Assembly (NCBI GenBank): GCA_964291295.2
Contig: OZ219754.1
Span: 3,104,001 to 3,168,000, forward strand
DNA length: 64,000 nucleotides
Direction of reading: 5' to 3'
Source: an uncultured Candidatus Binatia bacterium
GTDB taxonomy: Bacteria; Desulfobacterota; Binatia; UBA9968; JAJDTQ01
Shown here one piece after another: positions 29,066 through 38,199 of the stretch (its first letter is position 1; the number at the start of each line of letters is the position of its first letter). The position numbers and the translations under genes are program-made. The notes below the pieces were generated by a model. That model ran no database searches. It was not told the DNA's origin and worked only from the letters and a program-made list of their open reading frames with translations.

Positions 29066-29929
29066 ATGCGCCCTGAAATCGTTCCCTTCCTCTCCGCCAT
29101 GGGCTGGGCCGTGGACTCAATTCTGGTGCGCAAGGGCGCGCGCACTTCGAGCGTTCTCAGCGCCGCATTCCTCAGCTATGTCGTGACCACCGTGCTGATG
29201 TGGTCCTTCGTGCTGCTCAACTTCCCGCTGGCCATCGTCCGCACCCGCGCCTCCCTCTACTTCATGACCAGCGGCACGATCCAGCCCCTGCTGGCCCGCA
29301 TTCTCCTCTACATCGGCATCGACCGTCTGGGAGTCGCCCGGGCCATGCCCCTGCGCGGCACCGGACCGTTCTTCTCCATAGCCATGGCGGTGATGTTCCT
29401 GGCCGAACGTCCAACGGCCCCGGTCTGGCTGGGAGCGGTCCTGATCGTGGCCGGCGGGTGGATGGTGCTCTATCGGAAGGGCGCCGCCAAGAGCGACTGG
29501 CGGTTCCTGGACGCCCTCTATCCGCTGCTGGCGGCCTTCCTGGCCGGGGTCTCCCAGAACTTCCGCAAGGTGGGACTGCTCATTCTGCCCAACCCGTTCG
29601 TGGCCGGCGCGGTCACCACCGGCACGTCGCTCACCCTCTTCGTGCTCTACCTCTGGATCAGACGGCAGTTCCCGGTGGTCGTACCAAGCCGGGAGAGCCT
29701 CCCCTACTTCGGACCCACCGCCTTCGTCTCGGCGGTCTCGCAACTCCTGGTCTTCACCTCGTTGAACCTGGGCGACGTGTCGGTGATGATCCCGCTGCTC
29801 AACACCACCCCGCTTTTCTCGCTCCTCTTCAGCGCGATCTTCCTGAGAGACCTGGAACGGGTCACGGTTCCCGTCATGCTCGGGGCATTGTCGCTGCTGG
29901 GCGGGGTGATCCTGATCGCGGCCCGGTAG
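29066..29929 (+). CDS. EamA/DMT family transporter
   Basis: 287 aa with about 10 hydrophobic helices in two repeats. Confidence 0.85.
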   Translation: MRPEIVPFLSAMGWAVDSILVRKGARTSSVLSAAFLSYVVTTVLMWSFVLLNFPLAIVRTRASLYFMTSGTIQPLLARILLYIGIDRLGVARAMPLRGTGPFFSIAMAVMFLAERPTAPVWLGAVLIVAGGWMVLYRKGAAKSDWRFLDALYPLLAAFLAGVSQNFRKVGLLILPNPFVAGAVTTGTSLTLFVLYLWIRRQFPVVVPSRESLPYFGPTAFVSAVSQLLVFTSLNLGDVSVMIPLLNTTPLFSLLFSAIFLRDLERVTVPVMLGALSLLGGVILIAAR

Positions 29930-30032
29930 CACTTCATGGAGACCGGGGAGGGCGCACGCCCGTGGCTCCCGGCGTTGCCCCGGTCACCATGGCACGTTCC
30001 CGGAGATGACCGAGAGAAGCGCCGCCGCCGGC

Positions 30033-31001
30033 TCAGTCCACCCGGTTCCGCCGCTCCCCGCGCCGGAACGCCTGGATGTTCTCGAACACTTCATCCATCA
30101 ACCGCTGGCGGGTCTCCCGGGCAGCCCAGGCGCAGTGGGGCGTGATCCACAGGCTGTCGAGGCGGGCGGCCGCAGCCATCATCGGATGGCCCGCCTCCGG
30201 CGGTTCCCGCGAGATCACGTCCAGGGCCGCGCCGGCGATCCGTCCCTGCTCCAGCGCCTCGATCAACGCCGCCTCGTCCACCAGGCCGCCGCGGGCCGTA
30301 TTGATCAGGTAGGCCGTGCGCTTCATCAGCGACAGGCTGCGCCGGTTGATGAACCCCTCGGTAAGCGGCGTCAGCGGACAGTGCAGGCTGACGAAGTCGG
30401 CCTGCCGCAGCACCTCGGCCACCGAGAACCGCTCCGGCTGCGGCCGCTCCTCTCCCACACGCCCGGCGACCATCACCCGCAGCCCGAGCACCCGAGCCAT
30501 CTCCGCCACCTTGCGGCCGATATTGCCGTAACCGACGATGCCCAGCACCCGCCCCCGGAGTTCGAAGCTCGGATAGTCGTGGCGCGTGAAGATGGTGCTT
30601 TCCTGCCAACGGCCCAGGCGCGTTCCCTGGGCGTAGCGGGCCGCCTGGGTGGCCAGTTCCAGGATCAGCGCCAAGGTGTACTGCGCCACCGCGGTGGTGG
30701 CGTAGCCCGGTACGTTGCACACGGCGATGCCGCGTTCCCTGGCGCATGCGATATCGACGTTGTCCGTGCCGGTGGCGCCCACCGCGATGAGCTTGAGCTG
30801 CGCGGCCGACGGGTGCTCCAGCCGCGGCCGGTCGAGAACCAACTTGTTGATCACCGCGCACTGGCAGCCGTCGAGCCGCCCGGGCAGTTGGTCCGCCTCG
30901 GTCAACTCGTGCACCGCGCACCCGCCGGCTTCCTCGAACCGGTCCAGTGCCACGACGCCGAACGTCGCCGCGTCCAGGAACGCCGTACGAAATCCGCTCA
31001 C
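30033..31001 (-). CDS. D-2-hydroxyacid dehydrogenase (glycerate dehydrogenase-like)
   Basis: ATGTDNVD, GIVGYGNIG, SLHCPLT, INTARG, EPP and ITPH; GTG start overlaps the cupin stop. Confidence 0.92.
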   Translation of the reverse strand: MSGFRTAFLDAATFGVVALDRFEEAGGCAVHELTEADQLPGRLDGCQCAVINKLVLDRPRLEHPSAAQLKLIAVGATGTDNVDIACARERGIAVCNVPGYATTAVAQYTLALILELATQAARYAQGTRLGRWQESTIFTRHDYPSFELRGRVLGIVGYGNIGRKVAEMARVLGLRVMVAGRVGEERPQPERFSVAEVLRQADFVSLHCPLTPLTEGFINRRSLSLMKRTAYLINTARGGLVDEAALIEALEQGRIAGAALDVISREPPEAGHPMMAAAARLDSLWITPHCAWAARETRQRLMDEVFENIQAFRRGERRNRVD

Positions 31002-31516
31002 GGCTCGTCCTTGCCCCCGGGACCGGTCTCGTCCTGGAAGTACGGCACCTCGGTCCCCTTCCGGTAGATGCCGCGGAACGGCTTCCGGCCCGACACCGAA
31101 GGGCCGGCGTACACGCCCACCTTGCCGGAGTCGGGGTAGTGGACGATGTCGGGGTACTGCATGGTGCTCACGCACAGATAGCGCAGGTCGCGCGCCGACG
31201 TGTTCACGAGCTGATGGGCCGTATCCAGGCCGCCCGGGCAGGCGATGAACATGCCCGCGCGCACGGCCACGGTCTCGCCGCCGAACCGCAGCGTCCCCTC
31301 CCCCTCCAGAATGTAGATCATCTCCTCGTTCAGGGTGTGGACGTGGAGCGGGAAAGCCGTCTTGCCCGGCGGGACGACAAAGAGGCCGCAGCCCAGCTTC
31401 CGCGCGCCCACGGCCACGCCGACGCGCTGCCGTGTACCGCCGAACGCGGTGCCCTCGGGAGCCGGCAACGGTTCCTCCGGAACGTCGGCAATGTGGACGA
31501 TATGTCTGTGACTCAT
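30998..31516 (-). CDS. Cupin domain protein
   Basis: PLHVHTLNEEMIYILEGEG, AHQLVN and YPDSGK. Confidence 0.88.
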   Translation of the reverse strand: MSHRHIVHIADVPEEPLPAPEGTAFGGTRQRVGVAVGARKLGCGLFVVPPGKTAFPLHVHTLNEEMIYILEGEGTLRFGGETVAVRAGMFIACPGGLDTAHQLVNTSARDLRYLCVSTMQYPDIVHYPDSGKVGVYAGPSVSGRKPFRGIYRKGTEVPYFQDETGPGGKDEP

Positions 31517-31559
31517 GCCGGACCCCTTCCGCTAAAGCAGGGTATAACTTGAACTTACA

Positions 31560-31596
31560 ATGACAACCCTATGATAATGAAAGTAATTCTGTCATA
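31560..31596. promoter_or_regulatory. AT-rich operator-like site (Fur-box-like, with inverted repeats)
   Basis: GATAATGAAAGTAATTCTG (31573-31591) matches the Fur consensus at 14/19 positions; flanked by ATGACA...TGTCAT. Confidence 0.4.
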
Positions 31597-31698
31597 CATC
31601 CCGGCGTTGCGGACCGCTTTCGGAAAGCCTCTTTCGGCCCGGAATCTGCATGACGGCGCCGATTGTGTTTCGCGGCGCGGCGTTGCTACACTCGGGCC

Positions 31699-32319
31699 AT
31701 GAGCCTGTGGCTGGCCTGCGCAATGGGTTTTTCCATCGCCTCCATGCCGGGCCCCATCCTGGCCCTCATCACCACCGAGACGCTCCGCCGGGGCGCGTGG
31801 CCCGGCGCGCAGGTGGCCTTGGCGCCCATGTGCGTCGACGCCTGCGTCATGCTGCCGCTGGTGATGGCACTCCAGTCCTCCATCCCCTCGGGCACCGGCG
31901 CGGTGGCCTTGGGAGTTGCCGGCGGCGGCTTCCTTTCATGGCTTGGAATCCAGTCCGTCCGCGCCGGTTCCACGGTGGCCGTGCCGGGCCGCCACCGGGG
32001 TTCGAGACGGATTCCCTCCTTCCTCAAGAGCGTACTCACCCACCTCGTGAACCCCTACGCCTACATCTTCTGGGGAACGGTGGGCTTCGCCTTTGTCCGC
32101 GAGGGGTTCGAGGCCCGGGGCCTCCGAGGGGCAATGTCCTTTCCCATGGGTTTCTGGCTCGGCGCCGCCGCCATGAACTTCCTGGTGGTCTGCCTCGTGA
32201 GCCGCGGACGCCGCTACCTGCCCCCTCGACTGGAACCCTGCGTGCACGTACTCTCGGGAGTCCTGTTGCTGGGCGCCGGCATCTTCCTCGCCTGGTCCGT
32301 CCTGGAGGATCATCTGTGA
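31699..32319 (+). CDS. LysE family translocator
   Basis: MPGP near the N-terminus, NPYAYIFW and about 6 TM helices. Confidence 0.8.
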   Translation: MSLWLACAMGFSIASMPGPILALITTETLRRGAWPGAQVALAPMCVDACVMLPLVMALQSSIPSGTGAVALGVAGGGFLSWLGIQSVRAGSTVAVPGRHRGSRRIPSFLKSVLTHLVNPYAYIFWGTVGFAFVREGFEARGLRGAMSFPMGFWLGAAAMNFLVVCLVSRGRRYLPPRLEPCVHVLSGVLLLGAGIFLAWSVLEDHL

Positions 32320-33155
32320 AGCCGTCCCGGACTCGCCTGCGCTCCGCCCGCTCCCAGGAGCTTGGCCTGCTCCCACAACTCGTCCATCTCCTCCAGGGAG
32401 GCCTCGTCCGGACTCTTGCCGCGGGCCGAGAGCTCCCGCTCGATGTGGGCGAAGCGCTTCTGGAACCGCTCGATGGCGCCCGCCAGCGCCTCCTCGGACT
32501 GCACCTTCAGGAACCGCCCGAGGTTGACCACCGAAAACAACAGGTCGCCAAGCTCCGCCTCCACCCGATGAGCCTCGCCGGTCCCGGCGGCCTCTCTCAG
32601 CTCTCGCAATTCCTCCTCCACCTTGGCCCAGACCGGCCCCGGCTCCGGCCAGTCGAACCCCACGCCGGCGGCCTTGTCGCCGATGCGCTGGGCGCGCGCC
32701 AGCGCCGGCATGGCGCGGGGCACCGAGGTGAACAGAGAATGACCCTGGGTTCTGCCTGACGGCTTCTCCAGCGCCTTCACCCTCTCCCAGTTCCGCAGCA
32801 CCGCCCCCGCGTCGGTCGCCTGCCCGTCGCCGAAGACATGAGGATGCCGCCGCACCAGCTTGTCCCGCAGACCGGTCATCACCTCCTCGATGCCGAAGCG
32901 GCCCTCCTCGCTGGCCATCCGGGCGTGGAACAGCACTTGCAGCAGCACGTCCCCCAGCTCCTCGCCGATGGCGTCGTCGTCGTCCTCGTCAATGGCTTCC
33001 AGGAGCTCGTAGGTCTCCTCCAGCGCATAGCGCTTGAGCGACGCGTGGGTCTGCTCGCGGTCCCACGGGCAGCCGTCCTCGCCGCGCAGGCGGGCCATGA
33101 CCCCGACCAGTTCCTCGAACAGCTCGCCGGCCTTCTTCCGCTTGCCGTCGTTCAC
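32310..33155 (-). CDS. mazG: Nucleoside triphosphate pyrophosphohydrolase MazG
   Basis: GCPWDREQT, EETYE, EELGDVLLQ, RRHPHVF, GFDW and ELGDLLF. Confidence 0.96.
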   Translation of the reverse strand: MNDGKRKKAGELFEELVGVMARLRGEDGCPWDREQTHASLKRYALEETYELLEAIDEDDDDAIGEELGDVLLQVLFHARMASEEGRFGIEEVMTGLRDKLVRRHPHVFGDGQATDAGAVLRNWERVKALEKPSGRTQGHSLFTSVPRAMPALARAQRIGDKAAGVGFDWPEPGPVWAKVEEELRELREAAGTGEAHRVEAELGDLLFSVVNLGRFLKVQSEEALAGAIERFQKRFAHIERELSARGKSPDEASLEEMDELWEQAKLLGAGGAQASPGRLHR

Positions 33156-33556
33156 GAGGGGTCCGTCGAATCCTGGCGGGGCGCCCCCACCCATCCGGTA
33201 TCGGAGACGTCGATCTCCTGCTGGTCCGGACCGGTGACCTTGACCTCGAAGTAGGACTGGGGATGAGACGGGTCCGTGGGAGCGACCCGCGCCAGATCCG
33301 TGAGTTGTCCGCCGCCCAGTTCCGCGACCCGCGCCACCGTCTCCTCGAGACTGTCCACCTGAAAGCCGAAATGGTCCACGCCCGCGGGCGATGTCGGTGT
33401 CTTCAGATTCAGGATCGCCATGTTGACATGCCCGTCGGAGAGATAGACGCCGTTCCGTCCCTTGCCGACCTCCCGGAGGTCGAACGCCTCCTTGTAGAAC
33501 GCCGCGGTCTTCGCCACGTCCCGGGTTCTTATCGCGATGTGCTTGAGTCGTGCCAT
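33152..33556 (-). CDS. VOC/glyoxalase family protein
   Basis: LKHIAI, AFYKEAF and DHFGFQV. Confidence 0.85.
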   Translation of the reverse strand: MARLKHIAIRTRDVAKTAAFYKEAFDLREVGKGRNGVYLSDGHVNMAILNLKTPTSPAGVDHFGFQVDSLEETVARVAELGGGQLTDLARVAPTDPSHPQSYFEVKVTGPDQQEIDVSDTGWVGAPRQDSTDPS

Positions 33557-33607
33557 GTCACCCTCCCGCAAACAGCTTTGCCTTGTCCCACTCTATCGCA
33601 AAGCCGG

Positions 33608-33630
33608 CCCGGTTTCATTCCCGGTTTCAT
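33608..33630. repeat. Direct repeat CCCGGTTTCAT x2 (period 12)
   Basis: Copies at 33608-33618 and 33620-33630. Confidence 0.85.
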
Positions 33631-33695
33631 CCCGCATCCGGACCAGCCGGGGCCTTCCCTCACAAACGGCCGCACGAACGGCTAGACTCGGCCCC

Positions 33696-34925
33696 ATGAA
33701 CTTCGGACGCCAAGTCATCTCCCTGTCCCTGTTCTGGTTCACGTTCTTCGGCGCCCTGGGCCTCTTCTTCCCCTATTACAGCCTCTACCTCAAGGAGAAC
33801 GCCGGCCTGAGCGGAACCCAACTGGGCATGGTTCTCTCCGTCATGCCGCTGGTAGGCATCGTGGCGCAGCCCTTCTGGGGCCAGGTGGCCGACCGCACCG
33901 GTGCCCGGAGCCGTGTCGTCGCCTTCCTTTCGGTGATCGCGGCCGCCGGTTTCGTGCTGCTGGGGCTGGCGCAGGGGTTCGTGCCGATTCTCCTCGCAGC
34001 CATCTTCCTGGCGTTCTTCTCGACCCCGGTGATTCCCCTTTCGGTGTCCGTGGCGCTGGCGGCTTTCCGCCATTCCGGACCCCATGCCTACGGCTTCGCG
34101 CGGTCTTGGGGGACCGTGGGCTTTCTGGCCTCGGTGCTGGTCTTCCCGCTGGTGCTGGACCGGGTGCAGCGATGGCGCGGGCTCGACCCGATGCCGGGCG
34201 GCCCCTCCGAACCGGGACTGGGGATCATGTTCCTGGGCACCGCCGTGATCGTGCTGCTGTCGTCGGCCGCGGCCCTCGCCCTTCCCCGGGAGGGCCTGGC
34301 GTCGCTGCGCGCCGCCCGGAACGAGTGGCGCGCGCTGCTCCTCAGGGCGCCCATGCGCCGCATGCTGCTCCTCGCCTTCAGCGCCTACCTCTTCGTCACC
34401 GGCCCCATGGGCCTGCTGCCGGTCTACGTCCGCGCCCACGGCGGCACGCTGGAGACGGTGCAGACCATGTGGATCCTGATGCTCATCGTCGAGATTCCCC
34501 TCATCCTGTGCACCGGCATGGGCCTCCAGCGCATCGGCGCCCGGGGCCTGCTGGCGGCGGGCGTGCTGGCCGGCGGCGTCCGCTGGACGGTCTGCGGCCT
34601 CACCGCCAATCCCTACTGGATCTATCCGGTGCAGCTGCTCCACGGCGTGATGGTCACGGGTCTGATGATGGGCGGGCCGCTCTACGTGGACCGGGTGGCT
34701 CCCGGACGGCTGCGGTCCACCGCGCAGGGCCTGGTGGCCATGGTGGGCATGGGACTCGGCGGCATCGCCTCCAACACCGCCGCCGGCTGGATTCTGGACC
34801 ATGTCGGGGCCAACGCGCCGTACCTCATCGGCGGTGCCGGCGCGCTGGGGGTGGGGCTGGCGATTCGCTGGGTTCTCCCCGCGGTGGAGCGCGAGGACGA
34901 GACCCGGCAGGCGCCGCGCTGCTGA
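33696..34925 (+). CDS. MFS transporter (MFS_1_like)
   Basis: About 12 TM helices; WGQVADRTG, RSWGTVGF and QLLHG. Confidence 0.88.
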   Translation: MNFGRQVISLSLFWFTFFGALGLFFPYYSLYLKENAGLSGTQLGMVLSVMPLVGIVAQPFWGQVADRTGARSRVVAFLSVIAAAGFVLLGLAQGFVPILLAAIFLAFFSTPVIPLSVSVALAAFRHSGPHAYGFARSWGTVGFLASVLVFPLVLDRVQRWRGLDPMPGGPSEPGLGIMFLGTAVIVLLSSAAALALPREGLASLRAARNEWRALLLRAPMRRMLLLAFSAYLFVTGPMGLLPVYVRAHGGTLETVQTMWILMLIVEIPLILCTGMGLQRIGARGLLAAGVLAGGVRWTVCGLTANPYWIYPVQLLHGVMVTGLMMGGPLYVDRVAPGRLRSTAQGLVAMVGMGLGGIASNTAAGWILDHVGANAPYLIGGAGALGVGLAIRWVLPAVEREDETRQAPRC

Positions 34926-34944
34926 CCGATACCGGGGTGCACGG

Positions 34945-35907
34945 TCAGTCCAGCTTCACCAGCTTCTGCAGGCTGCGCATCTCCCGAGGCGGTTCGAGCC
35001 GCCGGCCCCGGATCGTCCACGACACCTCGGCGACGTAGAGGTTGCGGTTCGAATCCAGACAGATGCCGTGGGGTGCGATGAACTGGCCCGGCCCCTCCCC
35101 CATCACCGGACCGCCGAAACGCGCCAGTTCGATGCCCCGGGCGTCGCGGACGACGATGCGGTGGCCGATGTTGGGATAGTTGCCGTTCTGGGAAGTCCCG
35201 GGACCCAGCTCGCCGATGTAACAGACGGCGTCCGCGCCGTCGTCCATGTTCTCCATGTACAGTGCGCACGGACGGTGCAGATTGTCGCACCACTGGGTCT
35301 CGAACCGGCCCTTGCCGTCGAACACCTGAATGCGGTGGTTCTCCCGGTCGGCCACGTAGACCCAGCCGTCCCGGTCGGTGCAGATGTTGTGGACCAGATT
35401 GAACTGGCCAGGATCGGTGCCCGGCTCGCCCCATGAAAAGAGCCGTTTTCCGTCCGGCGCATACTTGTGCACCCGCGAGTTGCCGTAGCCGTCCGACACG
35501 TAGATGTCGCCCTGCGGCGAGAACGCCACATGGGTGCAGCGGTTGAAGGGTTCCCCTTCCTGGAAGGCCGCGGGCTTGCCGGGCACCCCGAGGGTCATCA
35601 GCACCTTGCCGTCCAGGGTGCACTTGCGCACCGTGTGGTCACCGTCATCGGTGAGGAAAATCGTGTCGTCCGGCCCCATGGTGACGCCGTGCGGACGGGT
35701 GAACAACCCCTCGCCCCAGGTGCGCAGGAACCGCCCCTCCCGGTCGAACACGATGACCGGATGGTCGCCCCGGGTGAAGCAGTAGACATCGTCGTCTCCG
35801 CTCACCCCCACGCCGGCCACCTCCCGGAACGTCATGCCGTCGGGCAGTTGCGCCCAGTCTTCCCTGACCTCGTAACGGAACGCGCCGCTTCCCAGTATCG
35901 TGCCCAT
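34945..35907 (-). CDS. NHL-repeat protein (peptidyl-alpha-hydroxyglycine amidating lyase-like)
   Basis: FTRPHG, IYVSDGYGNSRVHK, VYVADRENHRIQVFD and FIAPHG. Confidence 0.87.
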   Translation of the reverse strand: MGTILGSGAFRYEVREDWAQLPDGMTFREVAGVGVSGDDDVYCFTRGDHPVIVFDREGRFLRTWGEGLFTRPHGVTMGPDDTIFLTDDGDHTVRKCTLDGKVLMTLGVPGKPAAFQEGEPFNRCTHVAFSPQGDIYVSDGYGNSRVHKYAPDGKRLFSWGEPGTDPGQFNLVHNICTDRDGWVYVADRENHRIQVFDGKGRFETQWCDNLHRPCALYMENMDDGADAVCYIGELGPGTSQNGNYPNIGHRIVVRDARGIELARFGGPVMGEGPGQFIAPHGICLDSNRNLYVAEVSWTIRGRRLEPPREMRSLQKLVKLD

Positions 35908-36263
35908 GTCGCTCCTTTCGTCCGCCGCACGGACTGATCCGGCCGGTTCGATGTCGTCCGATGGCGTGGCGTCCGCCCGGCGAGCCGCCGCTACGCCTGC
36001 TCCCAGGAGCATGATCCAGCAATTGCCCCGTGGTTGCAATCCGCCGCCGAAACCGCGTCGGACACCCCGCAGCCTGCGGGCTCTGCCCGGGTCCGCCCGC
36101 ACGGTCCTCGTCCGATACGAAGCGATCCAGCGGCGGCGGGCGCAACCGGCGGTGCCGCCGCGGCGGCGGAGCCGAACCCCTCGCTCCGGTGGACGGACGG
36201 CGAACCACCGGACCGGCATCCGGCCCGGTTGAACAATCATACCCGGGTGTCTAAGCTCCTGCG

Positions 36264-37994
36264 ATGGCCGTTCGGCTGGAAACGGATGTGCTGGTCATCG
36301 GCGGCGGCATGGCCGGGGCCTTCGCCGCCTGGCGGGCGCGGGAGGCCGGAGCACGGGTGCTGCTGGTGGACCGTTCCTGCTTCGGACGCAGCGGCTGCAG
36401 CGCCCTGGCTTCGGGGGTCTACCCGGCCTTCATGCCGGGCGACGACCGGGACGCGTGGATGCGGGCCTTCGGCGGGCCGCTGGTGAACCAGCCGCTGGTG
36501 GCCCGGTCGCTGCCGGTGATGCACGAGCACGTGATGCTCATGGACCGCTGGGGCGTCAAGTGGGTCAAGGAGGGGCGCCGGATCGTCCGCATGGGCGCCC
36601 CCGGGCGTTCCTTCGCCAACGGGGTGTGGATGGCCGAAGGCGGCCCGCAGATGATGATGGCGGTGCGCTCGGGCGTCGTCGGACACGGCGTCGAGGTGCT
36701 GAACCGGGTGGCCCTCACCGAACTGCTGACCTCCGACGGCGAACTCCCCACGGGTGGGCGTGTGGTGGGCGCCTGCGGCTTCCACACCCGCACCGGCGAG
36801 GTGCACGCCATCGTCGCCAACGCCACCGTGGTCTGCACCGGCCCCTACAAGTTTCCCTATCCCTGGCCCGGAAGCACGCTGGGCTACATGCCCATCGACC
36901 TTTCCGGCGACGGCATCGCCATGATGATGCGCGCCGGCGCGGAGCTGTCGCGGCTGGAACTGGGCGGCATCAACCTGAATCCCGACAACGCCCTGTCCGC
37001 GCCCGGGCTGGAATCGCTGATGCCCTCCGGGGCCCGGTGGGTGGACAAGGACGGCCGGCGCTTCCTGGAGGACTACGACCCCGGGCGCATGGAAATGACC
37101 AACCGGGCGCTGCTCTACTTCGCCGTGGCGCACCAGAAAGAACAGGGGCGGGTGCCCTCCATGGACCTGCGGGAGGTGGCACCGGAGCGGATGCAACTCA
37201 TCCGGCGGGTGATCCCCATTGTCGTGGGCAACCAGGAGGCGCTGGTGGGCGACCTCACCGAGTCGCCGGTGCCCTACACCTACCAGGTGGCGGGCACCAG
37301 CGGCATCTTCGGGGCCGGCGCGCGGGTCAACGAACGCGGCGAGACCACCGTACCGGGGCTCTACGCCGCCGGCACCTGCACCGACATGAACTATCTCCCG
37401 GGCGGCAATCTGCCCTTCTGCTCCGTGACCGGCGACTGGACCGGCCGCGCCGCCGGGACAGCCGCCCGGCGGACGGGGCGCCCGCAACCGCCGGCGGAAC
37501 AGGTTGAGCGAGTGGCCGCGGAGATCCTCGAACCGCTCCGGCGCCGGGACGGCACCGGGTTCGCGCCGGTCCACCGGCGCCTCGGCGAACTCCTGATGGA
37601 GAAGGTCGGGCTCGTGCTCCACGCCGACCGCCTCGACGCGGCCCTCGCCGAAATCCGCACCATCCGGGAGCAGGACGTGCCCCGGCTCACGGCGCCGGAC
37701 CCTCACGAGCTGGCCAAGGTATGGGGACTGGCCCAGTACATGCAGGTGCTGGAAGCCACGCTGCGCGCCTACCGCCACCGGACCGAGAGCCGGGTGGCGT
37801 TCATCCGCGAGGACTACCCCGTCATCGACAATGTCAACTGGGTCAGGATGGTGGTGGTCCGGCAGGAGAACGGCGCCCTCCGGCTGTGGGACGAGCCCGT
37901 GCCGGAGTCCTGGCACGACCCCCACCCGGTGCGTCCGACGCAGAACCGGCATCTCGTGTTCCGCAGCCAGGAGTCCCGCCATGCCGCTCGTTGA
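36264..37994 (+). CDS. FAD-dependent oxidoreductase of the AprA/succinate dehydrogenase flavoprotein family
   Basis: DVLVIGGGMAG, GRSGCS, SGDGIAM, TTVPGLYAAG, RTESR and REDYP. Confidence 0.85.
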   Translation: MAVRLETDVLVIGGGMAGAFAAWRAREAGARVLLVDRSCFGRSGCSALASGVYPAFMPGDDRDAWMRAFGGPLVNQPLVARSLPVMHEHVMLMDRWGVKWVKEGRRIVRMGAPGRSFANGVWMAEGGPQMMMAVRSGVVGHGVEVLNRVALTELLTSDGELPTGGRVVGACGFHTRTGEVHAIVANATVVCTGPYKFPYPWPGSTLGYMPIDLSGDGIAMMMRAGAELSRLELGGINLNPDNALSAPGLESLMPSGARWVDKDGRRFLEDYDPGRMEMTNRALLYFAVAHQKEQGRVPSMDLREVAPERMQLIRRVIPIVVGNQEALVGDLTESPVPYTYQVAGTSGIFGAGARVNERGETTVPGLYAAGTCTDMNYLPGGNLPFCSVTGDWTGRAAGTAARRTGRPQPPAEQVERVAAEILEPLRRRDGTGFAPVHRRLGELLMEKVGLVLHADRLDAALAEIRTIREQDVPRLTAPDPHELAKVWGLAQYMQVLEATLRAYRHRTESRVAFIREDYPVIDNVNWVRMVVVRQENGALRLWDEPVPESWHDPHPVRPTQNRHLVFRSQESRHAAR

Positions 37995-38199
37995 GGTGAA
38001 CGCCCAAGCGTGCACCGGTTGCGGCGTCTGCGTCGAGACCTGCCCCACCGACGTGCTGCGGCTCGACGGCCGCCGCAAGGCGGTGACGGCCTATCCCGCG
38101 GACTGCCAGGGATGCTTCGTGTGCCAGTGGGACTGCGCCTACGGGGCCATCCGCGTGCGCGTCAACCCCCTGGACCCATCCACGGCAGGCTCTGCCTGA
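37981..38199 (+). CDS. 2x[4Fe-4S] ferredoxin (AprB-like, no C-terminal tail)
   Basis: CTGCGVCVETCP and CQGCFVCQWDC; overlaps the upstream flavoprotein gene. Confidence 0.9.
   Translation: MPLVEVNAQACTGCGVCVETCPTDVLRLDGRRKAVTAYPADCQGCFVCQWDCAYGAIRVRVNPLDPSTAGSA

Noticed and set aside
36264-38199. Dissimilatory APS reductase aprAB
   Set aside because: The ferredoxin lacks the AprB tail, the gene order is A-then-B, and there is no sat/qmo context.
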